A stretch of DNA of 63,576 nucleotides, filler included, from Choristocarpus tenellus KU-1152 (Eukaryota > Protista > Phaeophyceae), in the NCBI GenBank assembly GCA_964200185.2. It is 11 parts of 11 records of this genome, joined end to end, with 100 filler letters (N's around TTAATTAATTAA, not from the genome) between each part and the next. Parts side by side here need not be neighbours in the genome. Positions count along the whole stretch, not along the records: positions 59,904 to 63,576 come from CAXNAD020018588.1; 10 more parts are not named here. One strand, written 5' to 3'. The notes under the pieces were generated by a model. That model saw nothing but the letters and a program-made list of their open reading frames with translations. It made no database searches and was not told where the DNA came from. Below are positions 63,537-63,576 of the stretch, one piece after another; position 1 is the first letter of the stretch, and each line of letters opens with the position of its first letter. The translations under genes and the position numbers were made by a program.

Positions 63537-63576
63537 GGCTTAAAGTATCTGGGGGGGGGTGGCGGCTGTCCATTCG
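63537..63576 (+). mobile_element. MITE family A, left end at window end
   Basis: GGCTTAAAGTATCTGGGGGGGGGTGGCGGCTGTCCATT. Confidence 0.75.

Overview
Intron-rich eukaryotic genomic DNA, most likely a brown alga or close stramenopile relative. This is inferred from short exons with long GT-AG introns, scattered TTAGGG repeats and the gene content. The window is not one contiguous locus. It is 11 contigs joined by ten identical 100-bp artificial spacers (N44-TTAATTAATTAA-N44), so linkage across spacers cannot be assumed. I assembled spliced gene models by hand, checking GT/AG sites and exon phase. They are: a USP48-like deubiquitinase (-) head-to-head with a two-pore channel (+); a LAMTOR3-like fragment; an MST/Hippo-type STE20 kinase whose splice donor sits inside a 42-bp minisatellite; an orphan two-exon gene with CENP-C-like RxxxKPxxYW motifs; and a gene that joins the Nup50/Nup2 N-terminal motifs and central helix in frame to the start of an RCC1 beta-propeller. 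This apparent Nup50-RCC1 fusion is the best candidate for a new system. The rest is transposon debris: a decayed intron-containing Sola2-type transposase with Tudor-like C-terminal segments, several short TIR elements with 4-bp TSDs that sit at many contig ends, and remnants of Gypsy, CRE-like non-LTR and mariner-like elements. No CRISPR arrays, rRNA or tRNA genes were recognised. All family assignments come from motif recall, not database searches.
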